The notes under the pieces: model-generated | Database searches by the model: none | Told to the model about the DNA's origin: nothing | Seen by the model: only the letters and a program-made list of their open reading frames with translations | Part shown: positions 11,078-22,182 of the stretch, piece after piece | How the letters are laid out: each line of letters starts with the position of its first letter | Position numbering within the stretch: position 1 is the stretch's first letter | Assembly: GCF_044647545.1 (NCBI RefSeq) | Contig: NZ_CP172818.1 | Direction: 5' to 3' (one strand) | Origin: Escherichia coli | GTDB lineage: Bacteria; Pseudomonadota; Gammaproteobacteria; Enterobacterales; Enterobacteriaceae | DNA: 64,000 nucleotides | Position numbers and translations under genes: made by a program

Positions 11078-12066
11078 CCGCGAAACATCGTGGCCATTTG
11101 TGGCTGAATAGCGTCGAGCATCTCATAGCGCCGACGGTATTCAGCCCGTTTTTTACTGGCGATTTCGGCAATCTCTTTTCGTGCTATCTGTGCTGGAAGG
11201 CGGTAATGGCGTTCAGCATCACATACGCCGCCAACCGACTCCCAGAACGCGTTGTAATCGGCATGGATCTTGCCTTCTTTATCACGATAACGCAGGCTGC
11301 GGTAAATATGCGTTTCATTGCTGACGGCAATAATCTGCTCTACCTGCAAACGTTGGGCAAACAGACAGGCCGCTTCCATCACGAGGCGTTTGGGAAATAG
11401 CCCGTGGCAGGCTTTCGTCGCATTCTGGATTTCCTGGTGTGGAATTTCCCATTTTGCGCCTTGCAGTCCGCCAATAAACATCGTCCTTTTCCCCTGATAT
11501 TCACACAGGGTAAACGTGAGCTCTGCCAGAGGAATACCTTCGCTGTTGCGGAACAGGATGGTGCTGTCACCTTCTTTATCCATTGAGATCATCATGGTCA
11601 GCTCAAGCGTGAACTGCTCGCCGTTTTTGCCTTCCAGCTTCGCCAGTTGCAGCCCGGGGGTATTCAAATATAAGCTGAATTCTTCCGCCGACATACACCC
11701 GCGGAGTAACGCATAATGGTAACGTAACGCCTCCAGCAATTGCTTACGGCTAAGATTCGCCGCAAGGTAAGGGCGATGTAGACGTACAGGCAGTCGCGGC
11801 TGGCGCGTTAACAACACATTGAGATTAGGCCAGTGGGAAAGTTCGTTCATCCACTCAACGCTTAAACGCGGCATAATCAACGAGCGCAGCAAAAATTTCT
11901 GGCGAAAACTACGGCGATGCCAGAATTTACCCGGCCGACACTGTCCACGTGCCAGACTAAGAAAAAGTGACAGGCTGCTGAGAGATTCAGATGGCGTAAA
12001 GGTCCGTTCAGTTAGCTGCGACATATTCATGAAATCAATGATTATACATGACGTCGATTTCACCAT
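11074..12066 (-). CDS. ybjX: VirK/YbjX-family protein (DUF535)
   Basis: 330-aa ORF; stop codon overlaps ybjD stop by 4 bp (convergent); identity from recalled sequence and position. Confidence 0.75.
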   Translation of the reverse strand: MVKSTSCIIIDFMNMSQLTERTFTPSESLSSLSLFLSLARGQCRPGKFWHRRSFRQKFLLRSLIMPRLSVEWMNELSHWPNLNVLLTRQPRLPVRLHRPYLAANLSRKQLLEALRYHYALLRGCMSAEEFSLYLNTPGLQLAKLEGKNGEQFTLELTMMISMDKEGDSTILFRNSEGIPLAELTFTLCEYQGKRTMFIGGLQGAKWEIPHQEIQNATKACHGLFPKRLVMEAACLFAQRLQVEQIIAVSNETHIYRSLRYRDKEGKIHADYNAFWESVGGVCDAERHYRLPAQIARKEIAEIASKKRAEYRRRYEMLDAIQPQMATMFRG

Positions 12067-12180
12067 TGCGTATCTTAACCAAACATCAATAGTGTGATTA
12101 CTAACGTAAATTTTAGGGTTTTGTTGATATTTCGTTGAAGTTAATGACCCGGATTGGCATATGGAGTATTCAGAATATTT

Positions 12181-13296
12181 ATGAAAAAGCGGAAAACCGT
12201 GAAGAAGCGTTACGTTATTGCGCTGGTGATAGTCATCGCCGGACTGATTACGTTATGGAGAATTCTTAACGCACCCGTTCCGACTTATCAGACGCTGATT
12301 GTGCGCCCCGGTGATTTACAGCAAAGCGTGCTGGCGACCGGAAAGCTGGACGCGCTGCGTAAGGTTGACGTGGGCGCGCAGGTCAGCGGTCAGTTGAAAA
12401 CGCTGTCGGTGGCGATTGGCGATAAAGTAAAAAAAGACCAGCTTTTAGGGGTTATTGATCCTGAACAGGCTGAAAACCAGATCAAGGAGGTGGAAGCAAC
12501 GCTGATGGAGCTACGCGCGCAGCGGCAGCAGGCGGAAGCGGAGCTGAAACTGGCGCGGGTGACGTATTCCCGTCAGCAACGTCTTGCACAAACGCAAGCG
12601 GTTTCACAGCAGGATCTCGATACCGCCGCGACGGAGATGGCTGTGAAACAGGCGCAAATTGGCACCATTGACGCGCAAATCAAGCGCAATCAGGCCTCAC
12701 TCGATACGGCTAAAACCAATCTCGATTACACCCGCATCGTTGCCCCGATGGCCGGGGAAGTCACGCAAATCACCACTCTGCAAGGCCAGACGGTGATTGC
12801 CGCACAACAAGCACCGAACATTCTGACGCTGGCAGATATGAGCACCATGCTGGTAAAAGCGCAGGTTTCTGAAGCGGATGTAATCCACCTGAAGCCGGGG
12901 CAAAAAGCCTGGTTTACGGTGCTTGGCGATCCGCTGACGCGCTATGAGGGGCAAATCAAGGATGTGCTACCGACGCCGGAAAAGGTTAACGACGCTATTT
13001 TCTATTACGCCCGTTTTGAAGTCCCCAACCCCAATGGTTTGCTGCGGCTGGATATGACCGCGCAAGTGCATATTCAGCTCACCGATGTGAAAAATGTGCT
13101 GACGATCCCTCTGTCGGCGTTAGGCGATCCGGTTGGCGATAATCGTTATAAAGTCAAATTGTTGCGTAATGGTGAAACACGCGAGCGTGAAGTGACGATT
13201 GGCGCACGTAACGATACCGATGTTGAGATTGTCAAAGGGCTGGAAGCTGGCGATGAAGTGGTGATTGGTGAGGCCAAACCAGGAGCTGCGCAATGA
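12181..13296 (+). CDS. macA: macrolide efflux periplasmic adaptor (membrane fusion protein)
   Basis: ORF 12154-13296; start at [16 protein letters not shown] (371 aa); coiled-coil-rich MFP sequence; stop overlaps macB start. Confidence 0.88.
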   Translation: MKKRKTVKKRYVIALVIVIAGLITLWRILNAPVPTYQTLIVRPGDLQQSVLATGKLDALRKVDVGAQVSGQLKTLSVAIGDKVKKDQLLGVIDPEQAENQIKEVEATLMELRAQRQQAEAELKLARVTYSRQQRLAQTQAVSQQDLDTAATEMAVKQAQIGTIDAQIKRNQASLDTAKTNLDYTRIVAPMAGEVTQITTLQGQTVIAAQQAPNILTLADMSTMLVKAQVSEADVIHLKPGQKAWFTVLGDPLTRYEGQIKDVLPTPEKVNDAIFYYARFEVPNPNGLLRLDMTAQVHIQLTDVKNVLTIPLSALGDPVGDNRYKVKLLRNGETREREVTIGARNDTDVEIVKGLEAGDEVVIGEAKPGAAQ

Positions 13297-15239
13297 CACC
13301 CTTGCTCGAATTAAAGGATATTCGTCGCAGCTATCCTGCCGGTGATGAGCAGGTTGAGGTGCTGAAGGGCATCAGCCTCGATATTTATGCCGGTGAGATG
13401 GTGGCGATTGTCGGCGCTTCAGGTTCCGGTAAATCGACCCTGATGAATATTCTCGGCTGCCTGGATAAGGCCACCAGCGGCACCTATCGCGTCGCCGGTC
13501 AGGATGTTGCCACGCTGGACGCCGATGCGCTGGCGCAACTACGCCGCGAGCATTTCGGCTTTATTTTCCAGCGTTACCATTTGCTTTCGCATTTAACCGC
13601 CGAGCAGAACGTTGAAGTACCCGCCGTCTATGCTGGTCTTGAGCGGAAACAGCGGCTGCTTCGCGCCCAGGAGTTGCTGCAACGACTGGGGCTGGAAGAC
13701 CGTACAGAGTATTATCCGGCACAGCTTTCGGGTGGTCAGCAACAGCGTGTCAGCATCGCGCGGGCATTGATGAACGGCGGTCAGGTAATTCTTGCCGATG
13801 AACCAACCGGCGCACTGGACAGCCATTCTGGCGAAGAGGTGATGGCGATCCTGCATCAGCTGCGCGATCGCGGGCATACGGTGATTATCGTTACCCACGA
13901 TCCGCAGGTCGCTGCTCAGGCCGAGCGGGTGATCGAAATTCGCGACGGCGAAATTGTGAGCAATCCTCCCGCCATTGAAAAAGTGAATGTTGCTGGCGGG
14001 ACGGAACCTGTTGTCAACACGGCGTCTGGCTGGCGGCAGTTTGCCAGCGGTTTTAACGAGGCGCTGACGATGGCATGGCGGGCGCTGGCAGCGAATAAAA
14101 TGCGTACTTTACTGACCATGCTGGGGATTATTATCGGTATTGCGTCGGTGGTTTCAATTGTCGTGGTGGGCGACGCCGCCAAACAAATGGTGCTGGCGGA
14201 TATTCGTTCTATTGGTACGAATACTATTGATGTCTATCCCGGAAAAGATTTTGGCGATGACGATCCGCAATATCAGCAGGCGCTGAAGTACGACGACTTA
14301 ATCGCCATCCAAAAACAACCGTGGGTCGCCTCAGCCACACCTGCCGTCTCGCAAAACCTGCGCCTGCGTTATAACAATGTTGATGTGGCTGCCAGTGCCA
14401 ATGGCGTGAGCGGCGATTATTTTAATGTCTATGGCATGACCTTCAGTGAAGGGAACACCTTTAATCAGGAGCAGCTGAACGGTCGTGCGCAGGTCGTAGT
14501 TCTCGACAGTAATACTCGCCGCCAGCTTTTCCCCCATAAAGCCGATGTGGTTGGCGAGGTGATTCTGGTCGGCAATATGCCCGCCAGAGTCATTGGTGTG
14601 GCGGAAGAAAAACAGTCGATGTTTGGTAGCAGTAAAGTGCTGCGTGTCTGGCTACCTTACAGCACGATGTCCGGGCGAGTTATGGGCCAGTCGTGGCTCA
14701 ACTCCATTACTGTCAGGGTGAAAGAAGGATTTGACAGCGCCGAGGCGGAACAGCAACTCACGCGTTTACTTTCACTGCGCCACGGTAAGAAGGATTTCTT
14801 TACCTGGAACATGGACGGCGTCTTGAAAACCGTTGAAAAGACCACACGTACTTTACAACTGTTTCTGACGCTGGTGGCGGTGATTTCGCTAGTGGTGGGC
14901 GGTATTGGTGTAATGAATATTATGCTGGTGTCAGTGACCGAGCGGACGCGGGAAATTGGCATTCGCATGGCTGTAGGTGCGCGAGCAAGCGATGTTTTGC
15001 AACAGTTCCTGATCGAAGCCGTACTGGTTTGCCTGGTCGGTGGCGCGTTGGGAATAACACTGTCACTGTTAATTGCTTTCACCTTGCAGCTTTTCTTACC
15101 TGGCTGGGAGATTGGTTTTTCACCGTTGGCGCTGCTGCTGGCGTTTCTCTGCTCGACGGTCACCGGGATTTTATTTGGCTGGTTACCCGCACGAAATGCG
15201 GCACGACTGGATCCAGTAGATGCTCTGGCACGAGAGTAA
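13293..15239 (+). CDS. macB: macrolide efflux ABC transporter, fused ATPase-permease
   Basis: 648-aa ORF; Walker [13 protein letters not shown] signature LSGGQQQR, C-terminal FtsX-like permease. Confidence 0.93.
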   Translation: MTPLLELKDIRRSYPAGDEQVEVLKGISLDIYAGEMVAIVGASGSGKSTLMNILGCLDKATSGTYRVAGQDVATLDADALAQLRREHFGFIFQRYHLLSHLTAEQNVEVPAVYAGLERKQRLLRAQELLQRLGLEDRTEYYPAQLSGGQQQRVSIARALMNGGQVILADEPTGALDSHSGEEVMAILHQLRDRGHTVIIVTHDPQVAAQAERVIEIRDGEIVSNPPAIEKVNVAGGTEPVVNTASGWRQFASGFNEALTMAWRALAANKMRTLLTMLGIIIGIASVVSIVVVGDAAKQMVLADIRSIGTNTIDVYPGKDFGDDDPQYQQALKYDDLIAIQKQPWVASATPAVSQNLRLRYNNVDVAASANGVSGDYFNVYGMTFSEGNTFNQEQLNGRAQVVVLDSNTRRQLFPHKADVVGEVILVGNMPARVIGVAEEKQSMFGSSKVLRVWLPYSTMSGRVMGQSWLNSITVRVKEGFDSAEAEQQLTRLLSLRHGKKDFFTWNMDGVLKTVEKTTRTLQLFLTLVAVISLVVGGIGVMNIMLVSVTERTREIGIRMAVGARASDVLQQFLIEAVLVCLVGGALGITLSLLIAFTLQLFLPGWEIGFSPLALLLAFLCSTVTGILFGWLPARNAARLDPVDALARE

Positions 15240-15311
15240 TTTTTGAGATAAAAATGCCAGCCGATCGGGCTGGCATTTTGCCTTTAGGATGTACACAATG
15301 AGACAGAAGAG

Positions 15312-15536
15312 CTATGCGACTGCCGCTTCTACTTCGACGGGCACAATAACACTGGCGTGATTGCCTTTTGGCCCCTGGTGGACATCAAACTGAACGGATT
15401 GTCCAGCTTTTAGCGTTCTGTAACCATCCATCTGAATGGTGGAATAATGAGCGAAAATATCTTCGCCGCCGCCTTCAGGGCAGATGAAACCAAACCCTTT
15501 GGCATTGTTGAACCACTTAACAGTACCCTTTTCCAT
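15312..15536 (-). CDS. cspD: cold-shock-domain protein CspD (stationary-phase replication inhibitor)
   Basis: ORF 15312-15566; start at MEKGTVKWFNNAKGFGFI (74 aa); RNP1-like KGFGFI motif. Confidence 0.9.
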   Translation of the reverse strand: MEKGTVKWFNNAKGFGFICPEGGGEDIFAHYSTIQMDGYRTLKAGQSVQFDVHQGPKGNHASVIVPVEVEAAVA

Positions 15537-15858
15537 GCTTCGACATCCTTCGCAAATCTTATACAAGTAAGATGGAATAAACCGGGGTCAGAGAGGGGGC
15601 TGTTCAAAACCTCGCCAACTCTAGAAATACAATTTAGAGAATTAGGGCGAGCCGTCAAGCATTTGACAGGGGCCAGGGGGCAGGTATGAATCAAAAATTT
15701 GAAGCAGTTAACGCTATTGACAGGAATGTGACAGATGTCGCTGATGCCAACGATAGATGATAGTTATCTATCATGTGGAGTAGATTGGTCAGGCAAATAA
15801 GCTCTTGTCAGCGGCAGGGCGTTCTGCCGATAACCGTAACCGAAGATGATAACTGACA

Positions 15859-16179
15859 ATGGGTAAAACGAACGACTGGCTGGACTTTGATCAACTGGCG
15901 GAAGAAAAAGTTCGCGACGCGCTAAAACCGCCATCTATGTATAAAGTGATATTAGTCAATGATGATTACACTCCGATGGAGTTTGTTATTGACGTGTTAC
16001 AAAAATTCTTTTCTTATGATGTAGAACGTGCAACGCAATTGATGCTCGCTGTTCACTACCAGGGGAAGGCCATTTGCGGAGTCTTTACCGCCGAGGTTGC
16101 AGAAACCAAAGTGGCGATGGTGAACAAGTACGCGAGGGAGAATGAGCATCCATTGCTGTGTACGCTAGAAAAAGCCTGA
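15859..16179 (+). CDS. clpS: ClpS adaptor for ClpAP (N-degron recognition)
   Basis: 106-aa ORF immediately upstream of clpA; recognised sequence. Confidence 0.92.
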
Positions 16180-16209
16180 ATGCAGGCATAAAAATTGGGG
16201 GAGGTGCCT

Positions 16210-18486
16210 ATGCTCAATCAAGAACTGGAACTCAGTTTAAATATGGCTTTCGCCAGAGCGCGCGAGCACCGTCATGAGTTTATGACCGTCGAGCACTTGT
16301 TACTGGCGCTGCTCAGTAACCCATCTGCCCGGGAGGCGCTGGAAGCGTGTTCTGTGGATTTGGTTGCGCTCCGTCAGGAACTGGAAGCCTTTATTGAACA
16401 AACCACACCCGTTCTGCCTGCCAGTGAAGAGGAGCGCGACACACAGCCGACGCTGAGTTTTCAGCGTGTACTGCAACGTGCGGTCTTCCATGTCCAGTCC
16501 TCCGGTCGCAATGAGGTTACCGGTGCAAACGTTCTGGTCGCTATCTTTAGCGAACAGGAGTCGCAGGCGGCATATCTGTTGCGTAAACATGAAGTCAGCC
16601 GTCTCGATGTGGTGAACTTTATCTCTCATGGCACGCGTAAAGACGAGCCGACACAGTCTTCTGATCCTGGCAGCCAGCCAAACAGCGAAGAACAAGCTGG
16701 TGGGGAGGAACGTATGGAGAATTTCACGACGAACCTGAATCAGCTTGCGCGCGTGGGCGGAATCGACCCACTGATTGGTCGTGAGAAGGAGCTGGAACGT
16801 GCTATTCAGGTTCTCTGCCGTCGCCGTAAAAACAACCCGCTGCTGGTGGGGGAATCTGGTGTCGGTAAAACCGCGATTGCGGAAGGTCTTGCCTGGCGAA
16901 TTGTTCAGGGCGATGTGCCGGAAGTGATGGCTGACTGTACGATTTACTCTCTCGATATCGGTTCTCTGTTAGCGGGCACAAAATATCGCGGCGACTTTGA
17001 AAAACGTTTTAAAGCGTTGCTCAAGCAGCTGGAGCAGGACACTAACAGCATCCTGTTTATTGATGAGATCCACACCATTATCGGTGCGGGGGCAGCGTCT
17101 GGTGGTCAGGTTGATGCGGCTAACCTAATCAAACCGTTGCTCTCCAGCGGTAAAATTCGCGTAATTGGTTCGACAACCTATCAGGAGTTCAGCAACATTT
17201 TCGAGAAAGACCGTGCTCTGGCGCGTCGCTTCCAGAAAATTGATATTACTGAACCTTCGATCGAAGAAACTGTTCAAATCATCAATGGCCTGAAACCGAA
17301 GTACGAAGCGCACCATGACGTGCGTTATACCGCAAAAGCGGTGCGTGCAGCGGTAGAGCTGGCGGTGAAATACATTAACGATCGTCATCTGCCGGATAAA
17401 GCCATTGACGTTATCGACGAAGCGGGCGCTCGCGCACGCCTGATGCCGGTAAGCAAACGCAAGAAAACCGTTAATGTGGCGGATATTGAGTCTGTGGTGG
17501 CCCGTATTGCGCGCATTCCAGAGAAGAGTGTTTCGCAGAGTGACCGCGATACCCTGAAAAACCTCGGCGATCGCCTGAAAATGCTGGTCTTCGGTCAGGA
17601 TAAAGCCATTGAGGCGCTGACTGAAGCCATTAAGATGGCGCGTGCAGGTTTAGGTCACGAACATAAACCGGTCGGTTCGTTCCTGTTTGCCGGTCCTACC
17701 GGGGTCGGGAAAACAGAGGTGACGGTACAGCTTTCGAAAGCTTTGGGCATTGAGCTTCTGCGCTTTGATATGTCCGAGTATATGGAACGCCATACCGTCA
17801 GCCGTCTGATTGGTGCGCCTCCGGGATACGTTGGTTTTGATCAGGGGGGGCTGCTGACCGATGCGGTAATCAAGCATCCGCACGCGGTACTGCTGCTGGA
17901 CGAAATCGAGAAAGCGCATCCGGACGTGTTCAATATTCTGTTGCAGGTGATGGACAACGGTACGCTGACCGATAACAACGGACGCAAAGCGGACTTCCGT
18001 AACGTGGTATTGGTGATGACCACCAACGCCGGGGTACGAGAAACTGAGCGTAAATCGATTGGTCTTATCCACCAGGATAACAGCACCGATGCGATGGAAG
18101 AGATCAAGAAGATCTTTACACCGGAATTCCGTAACCGTCTCGACAACATTATCTGGTTTGATCATCTGTCAACCGACGTGATCCATCAGGTGGTGGATAA
18201 ATTCATCGTCGAGTTGCAGGTTCAGCTGGATCAGAAAGGTGTTTCTCTGGAAGTGAGCCAGGAAGCGCGTAACTGGCTGGCCGAGAAAGGTTACGACCGG
18301 GCAATGGGCGCTCGTCCGATGGCGCGTGTCATCCAGGACAACCTGAAAAAACCGCTCGCCAACGAACTGCTGTTTGGTTCGCTGGTGGACGGCGGTCAGG
18401 TCACCGTCGCGCTGGATAAAGAGAAAAATGAGCTGACTTACGGATTCCAGAGTGCACAAAAGCACAAGGCGGAAGCAGCGCATTAA
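16210..18486 (+). CDS. clpA: ATP-dependent Clp protease ATP-binding subunit ClpA
   Basis: ORF 16195-18486; two AAA+ modules with Walker A GESGVGKT and GPTGVGKT; start at [10 protein letters not shown] (758 aa). Confidence 0.95.
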   Translation: MLNQELELSLNMAFARAREHRHEFMTVEHLLLALLSNPSAREALEACSVDLVALRQELEAFIEQTTPVLPASEEERDTQPTLSFQRVLQRAVFHVQSSGRNEVTGANVLVAIFSEQESQAAYLLRKHEVSRLDVVNFISHGTRKDEPTQSSDPGSQPNSEEQAGGEERMENFTTNLNQLARVGGIDPLIGREKELERAIQVLCRRRKNNPLLVGESGVGKTAIAEGLAWRIVQGDVPEVMADCTIYSLDIGSLLAGTKYRGDFEKRFKALLKQLEQDTNSILFIDEIHTIIGAGAASGGQVDAANLIKPLLSSGKIRVIGSTTYQEFSNIFEKDRALARRFQKIDITEPSIEETVQIINGLKPKYEAHHDVRYTAKAVRAAVELAVKYINDRHLPDKAIDVIDEAGARARLMPVSKRKKTVNVADIESVVARIARIPEKSVSQSDRDTLKNLGDRLKMLVFGQDKAIEALTEAIKMARAGLGHEHKPVGSFLFAGPTGVGKTEVTVQLSKALGIELLRFDMSEYMERHTVSRLIGAPPGYVGFDQGGLLTDAVIKHPHAVLLLDEIEKAHPDVFNILLQVMDNGTLTDNNGRKADFRNVVLVMTTNAGVRETERKSIGLIHQDNSTDAMEEIKKIFTPEFRNRLDNIIWFDHLSTDVIHQVVDKFIVELQVQLDQKGVSLEVSQEARNWLAEKGYDRAMGARPMARVIQDNLKKPLANELLFGSLVDGGQVTVALDKEKNELTYGFQSAQKHKAEAAH

Positions 18487-18510
18487 TCTGATTGTCAGGT
18501 AGGTTGGTCA

Positions 18511-18549
18511 AGTCCGTAATCTCGAAAGAGGTTGCGGACTTTTTATTTA
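18511..18549 (+). terminator. putative intrinsic terminator downstream of clpA
   Basis: Imperfect hairpin AGTCCG...CGGACT followed by TTTTATTT. Confidence 0.55.
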
Positions 18550-18738
18550 TGGGGTGGAACGGTGAAAACCCTATTTTTGGAGGTGAAGGTAAGTTGTTGA
18601 TAATTAGTGCTGCTGGAAAAGGTAAGGATAAAAAAGGGTGACAGCAGGAAAATGAGATGGTTTTGCTTTATTAACAACGGACTAAACGTGTAGTATTTGA
18701 TTCACTCCGACAATAAAAGAAAATCAAAGTTGAAATGG

Positions 18739-18826
18739 GTTCACTGCCGTACAGGCAGCTTAGAAATTCACTGGTAACATACTCCACCCGCCCACCATGT
18801 TCACTGCCGTACAGGCAGATAAAATG
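18739..18826. CRISPR. orphan CRISPR remnant: two 28-bp type I-F-like repeats flanking one 32-bp spacer, no cas genes in window
   Basis: Repeat 1 GTTCACTGCCGTACAGGCAGCTTAGAAA (18739-18766); spacer 18767-18798; repeat 2 GTTCACTGCCGTACAGGCAGATAAAATG (18799-18826), degenerate at 3' end. Confidence 0.7.
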
Positions 18827-18828
18827 CG

Positions 18829-18858
18829 AAAAAAAAAGCTCGCACTTTCGTACGAGCT
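18829..18858 (-). terminator. intrinsic terminator of serW
   Basis: Minus-strand hairpin AGCTCG...CGAGCT followed by a 9-nt U run (plus-strand A run 18829-18837). Confidence 0.65.
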
Positions 18859-18870
18859 CTTCTTTAAATA

Positions 18871-18958
18871 TGGCGGTGAGGGGGGGATTCGAACCCCCGA
18901 TACGTTGCCGTATACACACTTTCCAGGCGTGCTCCTTCAGCCACTCGGACACCTCACC
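18871..18958 (-). tRNA. serW: tRNA-Ser (anticodon GGA), class II with long variable arm
   Basis: Reverse complement reads GGTGAGGTGTCCGAGTGGCTGAAGGAGCACGCCTGGAAAGTG...GGTTCGAATCC...CTCACCGCCA; anticodon loop CTGGAAA; 3' CCA encoded. Confidence 0.9.
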
Positions 18959-19143
18959 AAATTGTTTTGCTACCAAACCTCATGGGTGGCAACGGGGCGC
19001 TACTATAGGGAGTTGGAGTAAAACGGTCAAGAAGAATTTTAATGATAATTATTGTTTGCTCATACTGTAAACAAGTTGTGCAGTATATCTACATCGAGAC
19101 AAGTTATGGACTTATACTTCCAAAGTACTTCATACATATCACA

Positions 19144-19170
19144 AAATAAAAAGGCCGGTTAAACCGACCT
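19144..19170 (-). terminator. intrinsic terminator downstream of infA
   Basis: Hairpin AGGCCGGTT/AACCGACCT (one mismatch) followed on minus strand by a U-rich run (plus-strand A run 19144-19151). Confidence 0.6.
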
Positions 19171-19211
19171 TTTACTCGTTCTTTCTCTTCGCCCATCAGG
19201 CGGTAAAACAA

Positions 19212-19433
<222 letters not shown>

Positions 19434-19714
19434 ATCCTCTGGGGTATCACTACCGTAATTTGAACCGGCAAGATAATGCCGAAGTTCTGTAAATAAGTAA
19501 AGATTTGCGCGCTAAATCGCAACAAACAGGTTCGGCACATTACTCCGAAAACACACGGCTAAGCCGCACCAAAAGCGCAACGTATAAGGGAGCGGTGAGA
19601 TAAACGATGGGCGTTACCTGACGCGAAAAATTCCTTATCGGCAGCGGGGTAATGAGCGTAACCAACTCTGCGACCGCAATTATAACACTCTGGGGAGAAA
19701 TGTGCCGAAAACAT

Positions 19715-20419
19715 TCATTCTTGTGGTGAAAACAAGCACCGTGGTACCCAGAATTTATTCGGCAATCGTCCGAGGCGCATTTGATTGAGATAATTGAGGT
19801 AATCCCGGCGGGGAATTTCGCAGGCACCAAGCGACGCTGTGTGATCGTTAAGGACCTGGCAGTCGATAAGTTTACCGCCATGACCGATAAATTCCTCACA
19901 GAATACCAGAAGCGCCGTTTTAGACGCATTTTCCATCCGGCTGAACATGGACTCGCCACAAAATAGTGTTCCCTGGGCCACACCGTACATACCGCCAACA
20001 AGCTCATCTTCACACCAGACTTCGATGGAGTGGGCATGACCGAGTTCGTGAAGACGATGGTAGGCTTCGACCACGCCACGCGTGATCCAGGTTCCTTCTT
20101 CGCGATCGCTGGCACAGCCTTCAATGACCTGACCAAAGGCGTAATTCATCGTGACACGATAGGGCGAGCGTTTATGAAATCGTTTCATACTACGGCTGAT
20201 ATGCAATGATTCAGGCCATAGTACCGCGCGAGGATCGGGCGACCACCAGAGGATGGGGTCGCCTGGAGAAAACCACGGGAAAATACCACGCTGATAAGCC
20301 ATTAACAGGCGCGCAGGGCTAAGATCGCCCCCCAGTGCCAGCAGGCCGTTAGGCTCACGTAATGCGCCTTCCGGGGAAGGGAAGGCTATTGAATGGCGAG
20401 AAAGCTGAACCAGGCGCAT
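19715..20419 (-). CDS. aat: leucyl/phenylalanyl-tRNA--protein transferase
   Basis: 234-aa ORF; recognised sequence; position upstream of cydCD-trxB. Confidence 0.92.
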   Translation of the reverse strand: MRLVQLSRHSIAFPSPEGALREPNGLLALGGDLSPARLLMAYQRGIFPWFSPGDPILWWSPDPRAVLWPESLHISRSMKRFHKRSPYRVTMNYAFGQVIEGCASDREEGTWITRGVVEAYHRLHELGHAHSIEVWCEDELVGGMYGVAQGTLFCGESMFSRMENASKTALLVFCEEFIGHGGKLIDCQVLNDHTASLGACEIPRRDYLNYLNQMRLGRLPNKFWVPRCLFSPQE

Positions 20420-20460
20420 GACCGCAAAACTCCACGCAAGTCGGATCGTTCAATAATAGC

Positions 20461-22182
20461 TTACAAACCCTGCTTAAACTGGTAATAACGCCCCTGTCTG
20501 GCAAGCAGTTCTGCGTGAGTACCTTGCTCAATAATTTGCCCGTTGTCCATCACTATTATTTGTTGGAAACGAGAGAGTCCGCGAAGTCGATGGGTGACCA
20601 TTAACACCGTTTTCTCGCACATCATTTCTGCAAGCAATTCAAGGATCTGACTTTCGGTTGTGGCATCTAAGCCTTCTGTAGGTTCATCCAGCAATACCAG
20701 CGGCGCATCATGTAACAGCGCACGGGCGATAGCCAGACGGCGCAGTTCACCACCGGAGAGCTGGCGTCCGCCTTCACCTAACCAACTGTTGAGACCTGCA
20801 TCCTCGAGCAGCTTCTCCAGACCAACGCGACGTAAGATCTCCGCCAGAGCCTCATCACTACTGCCAGGTGAGGCGAGTAACAGATTATCACGCAGCGTGG
20901 CGCTAAACAGATGCACTCGCTGTGGCACAACGCTGATGGTCTGTCGTAGAGTCGCTTCATTCAGGCTGGCTATGGGGCTATCGTTAAGCAAAATCTCGCC
21001 CTGTTGCGGGTCCCATGCGCGGGTCAGCAGTTGTAACAATGTTGATTTGCCGCATCCGGTTCGCCCGAGAATCGCTATATGTTCTCCGGCGTTTACCTGA
21101 AGAGAAATCCCTTTAAGTGCCTGTTGGGATTGCTCCGGATAAGTGAACTGAACATCCCGTAACGTCAGCGAAACGCGATCGGCAACACGAGTTTGGGTAT
21201 CAGGGAAAGTGACCTCCGGTTTTTGATCCGTTAAGTCAGTGATCCGTACGGCAGAGGCAATGACTTGCCCCAGATGCTGAAATGCACCCGTTACTGGTGC
21301 CAGTGCTTCAAACGCGGCTAACGCGCAGAAGACAAACAGGGCAATTAACGCGCCGGGTTGAGCATTGCCGCCAACGCCGCCAGACGCCATCCACAGCATC
21401 AGGATCACCGCTAACGCGCCAATGAGCAGCATTATCGCTTGTGACAATGCGGTGAGTTCAGATTGACGACGTTGCGCTTCCAGCCACTGAATTTCGGTAT
21501 TCTCTAACTGCGTGCGATAACGATCGCTGGCACCAAAAATGGTCAGCTCAGCTTGCCCTTGCAGCCAGGCCGTCAGTTGTTGGCGATACTGCCCGCGAAG
21601 ATGAGTCAGATTTTGCCCGGTGCTTTTTCCCGCACGATAAAACAGTGGTGGCATAAGGAAAAGCGTCAGTAACATAATGCCGCCCAGCGTAAAGGCGAGG
21701 GTGAAATCAAGGAAACTTAACCCGATTGTCACCACCATAATCACCACAAAAGCGCCTACCAGCGGTGAGATAACGCGCAGGTAAAGATGATCGAGCGTAT
21801 CAACATCCGCCACCACGCGGTTGAGTAATTCGCCCTGACGATAGCGCGCCAGTCCGGCAGGGGAGAGGGGCAGTAATTTGCTGAAGGTGTAAATGCGCAG
21901 ATGCTGCAACACGCGGAAAGTCGCGTCGTGACTTACCAGACGTTCAAAATAGCGCCCGGCAGTACGGGTGATTGCTGCGCCACGCACGCCCGCAGCGGGT
22001 AGCATATAGTTGAAGCTGTACAGTCCGGCAACCCCCGCTACCGCTGAGGCGGAGAGGAACCAGCCGGAAAGTGTCAACAGACCGATACTGGCGAGCAGCG
22101 TGACAATTGCCAGCACAATACCAAGACTTAACATCCATTTATGACGTTTATACAGTGCCAGATAGGGTAGCAAAGCGCGCAT
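20461..22182 (-). CDS. cydC: glutathione/cysteine ABC exporter subunit CydC
   Basis: 573-aa ORF; N-terminal transmembrane domain plus ABC ATPase with Walker A GRTGCGKST and LSGGELRR. Confidence 0.93.
   Translation of the reverse strand: MRALLPYLALYKRHKWMLSLGIVLAIVTLLASIGLLTLSGWFLSASAVAGVAGLYSFNYMLPAAGVRGAAITRTAGRYFERLVSHDATFRVLQHLRIYTFSKLLPLSPAGLARYRQGELLNRVVADVDTLDHLYLRVISPLVGAFVVIMVVTIGLSFLDFTLAFTLGGIMLLTLFLMPPLFYRAGKSTGQNLTHLRGQYRQQLTAWLQGQAELTIFGASDRYRTQLENTEIQWLEAQRRQSELTALSQAIMLLIGALAVILMLWMASGGVGGNAQPGALIALFVFCALAAFEALAPVTGAFQHLGQVIASAVRITDLTDQKPEVTFPDTQTRVADRVSLTLRDVQFTYPEQSQQALKGISLQVNAGEHIAILGRTGCGKSTLLQLLTRAWDPQQGEILLNDSPIASLNEATLRQTISVVPQRVHLFSATLRDNLLLASPGSSDEALAEILRRVGLEKLLEDAGLNSWLGEGGRQLSGGELRRLAIARALLHDAPLVLLDEPTEGLDATTESQILELLAEMMCEKTVLMVTHRLRGLSRFQQIIVMDNGQIIEQGTHAELLARQGRYYQFKQGL

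Noticed and set aside
17650-18165. 171-codon ORF antisense to clpA (and nested 102-codon ORF 17841-18149)
   Set aside because: Inside clpA on the opposite strand, codon-aligned; no independent evidence of coding.
18671-19070. ORFs of 101, 111 and 74 codons overlapping serW and the CRISPR remnant
   Set aside because: They overlap a canonical tRNA-Ser gene and its terminator; a tRNA cloverleaf with encoded CCA is the better explanation.
19540-20136. 198-codon minus-strand ORF overlapping aat in another frame
   Set aside because: Overlaps most of the well-supported aat gene out of frame; starts in the infA-aat intergenic region without a convincing RBS.
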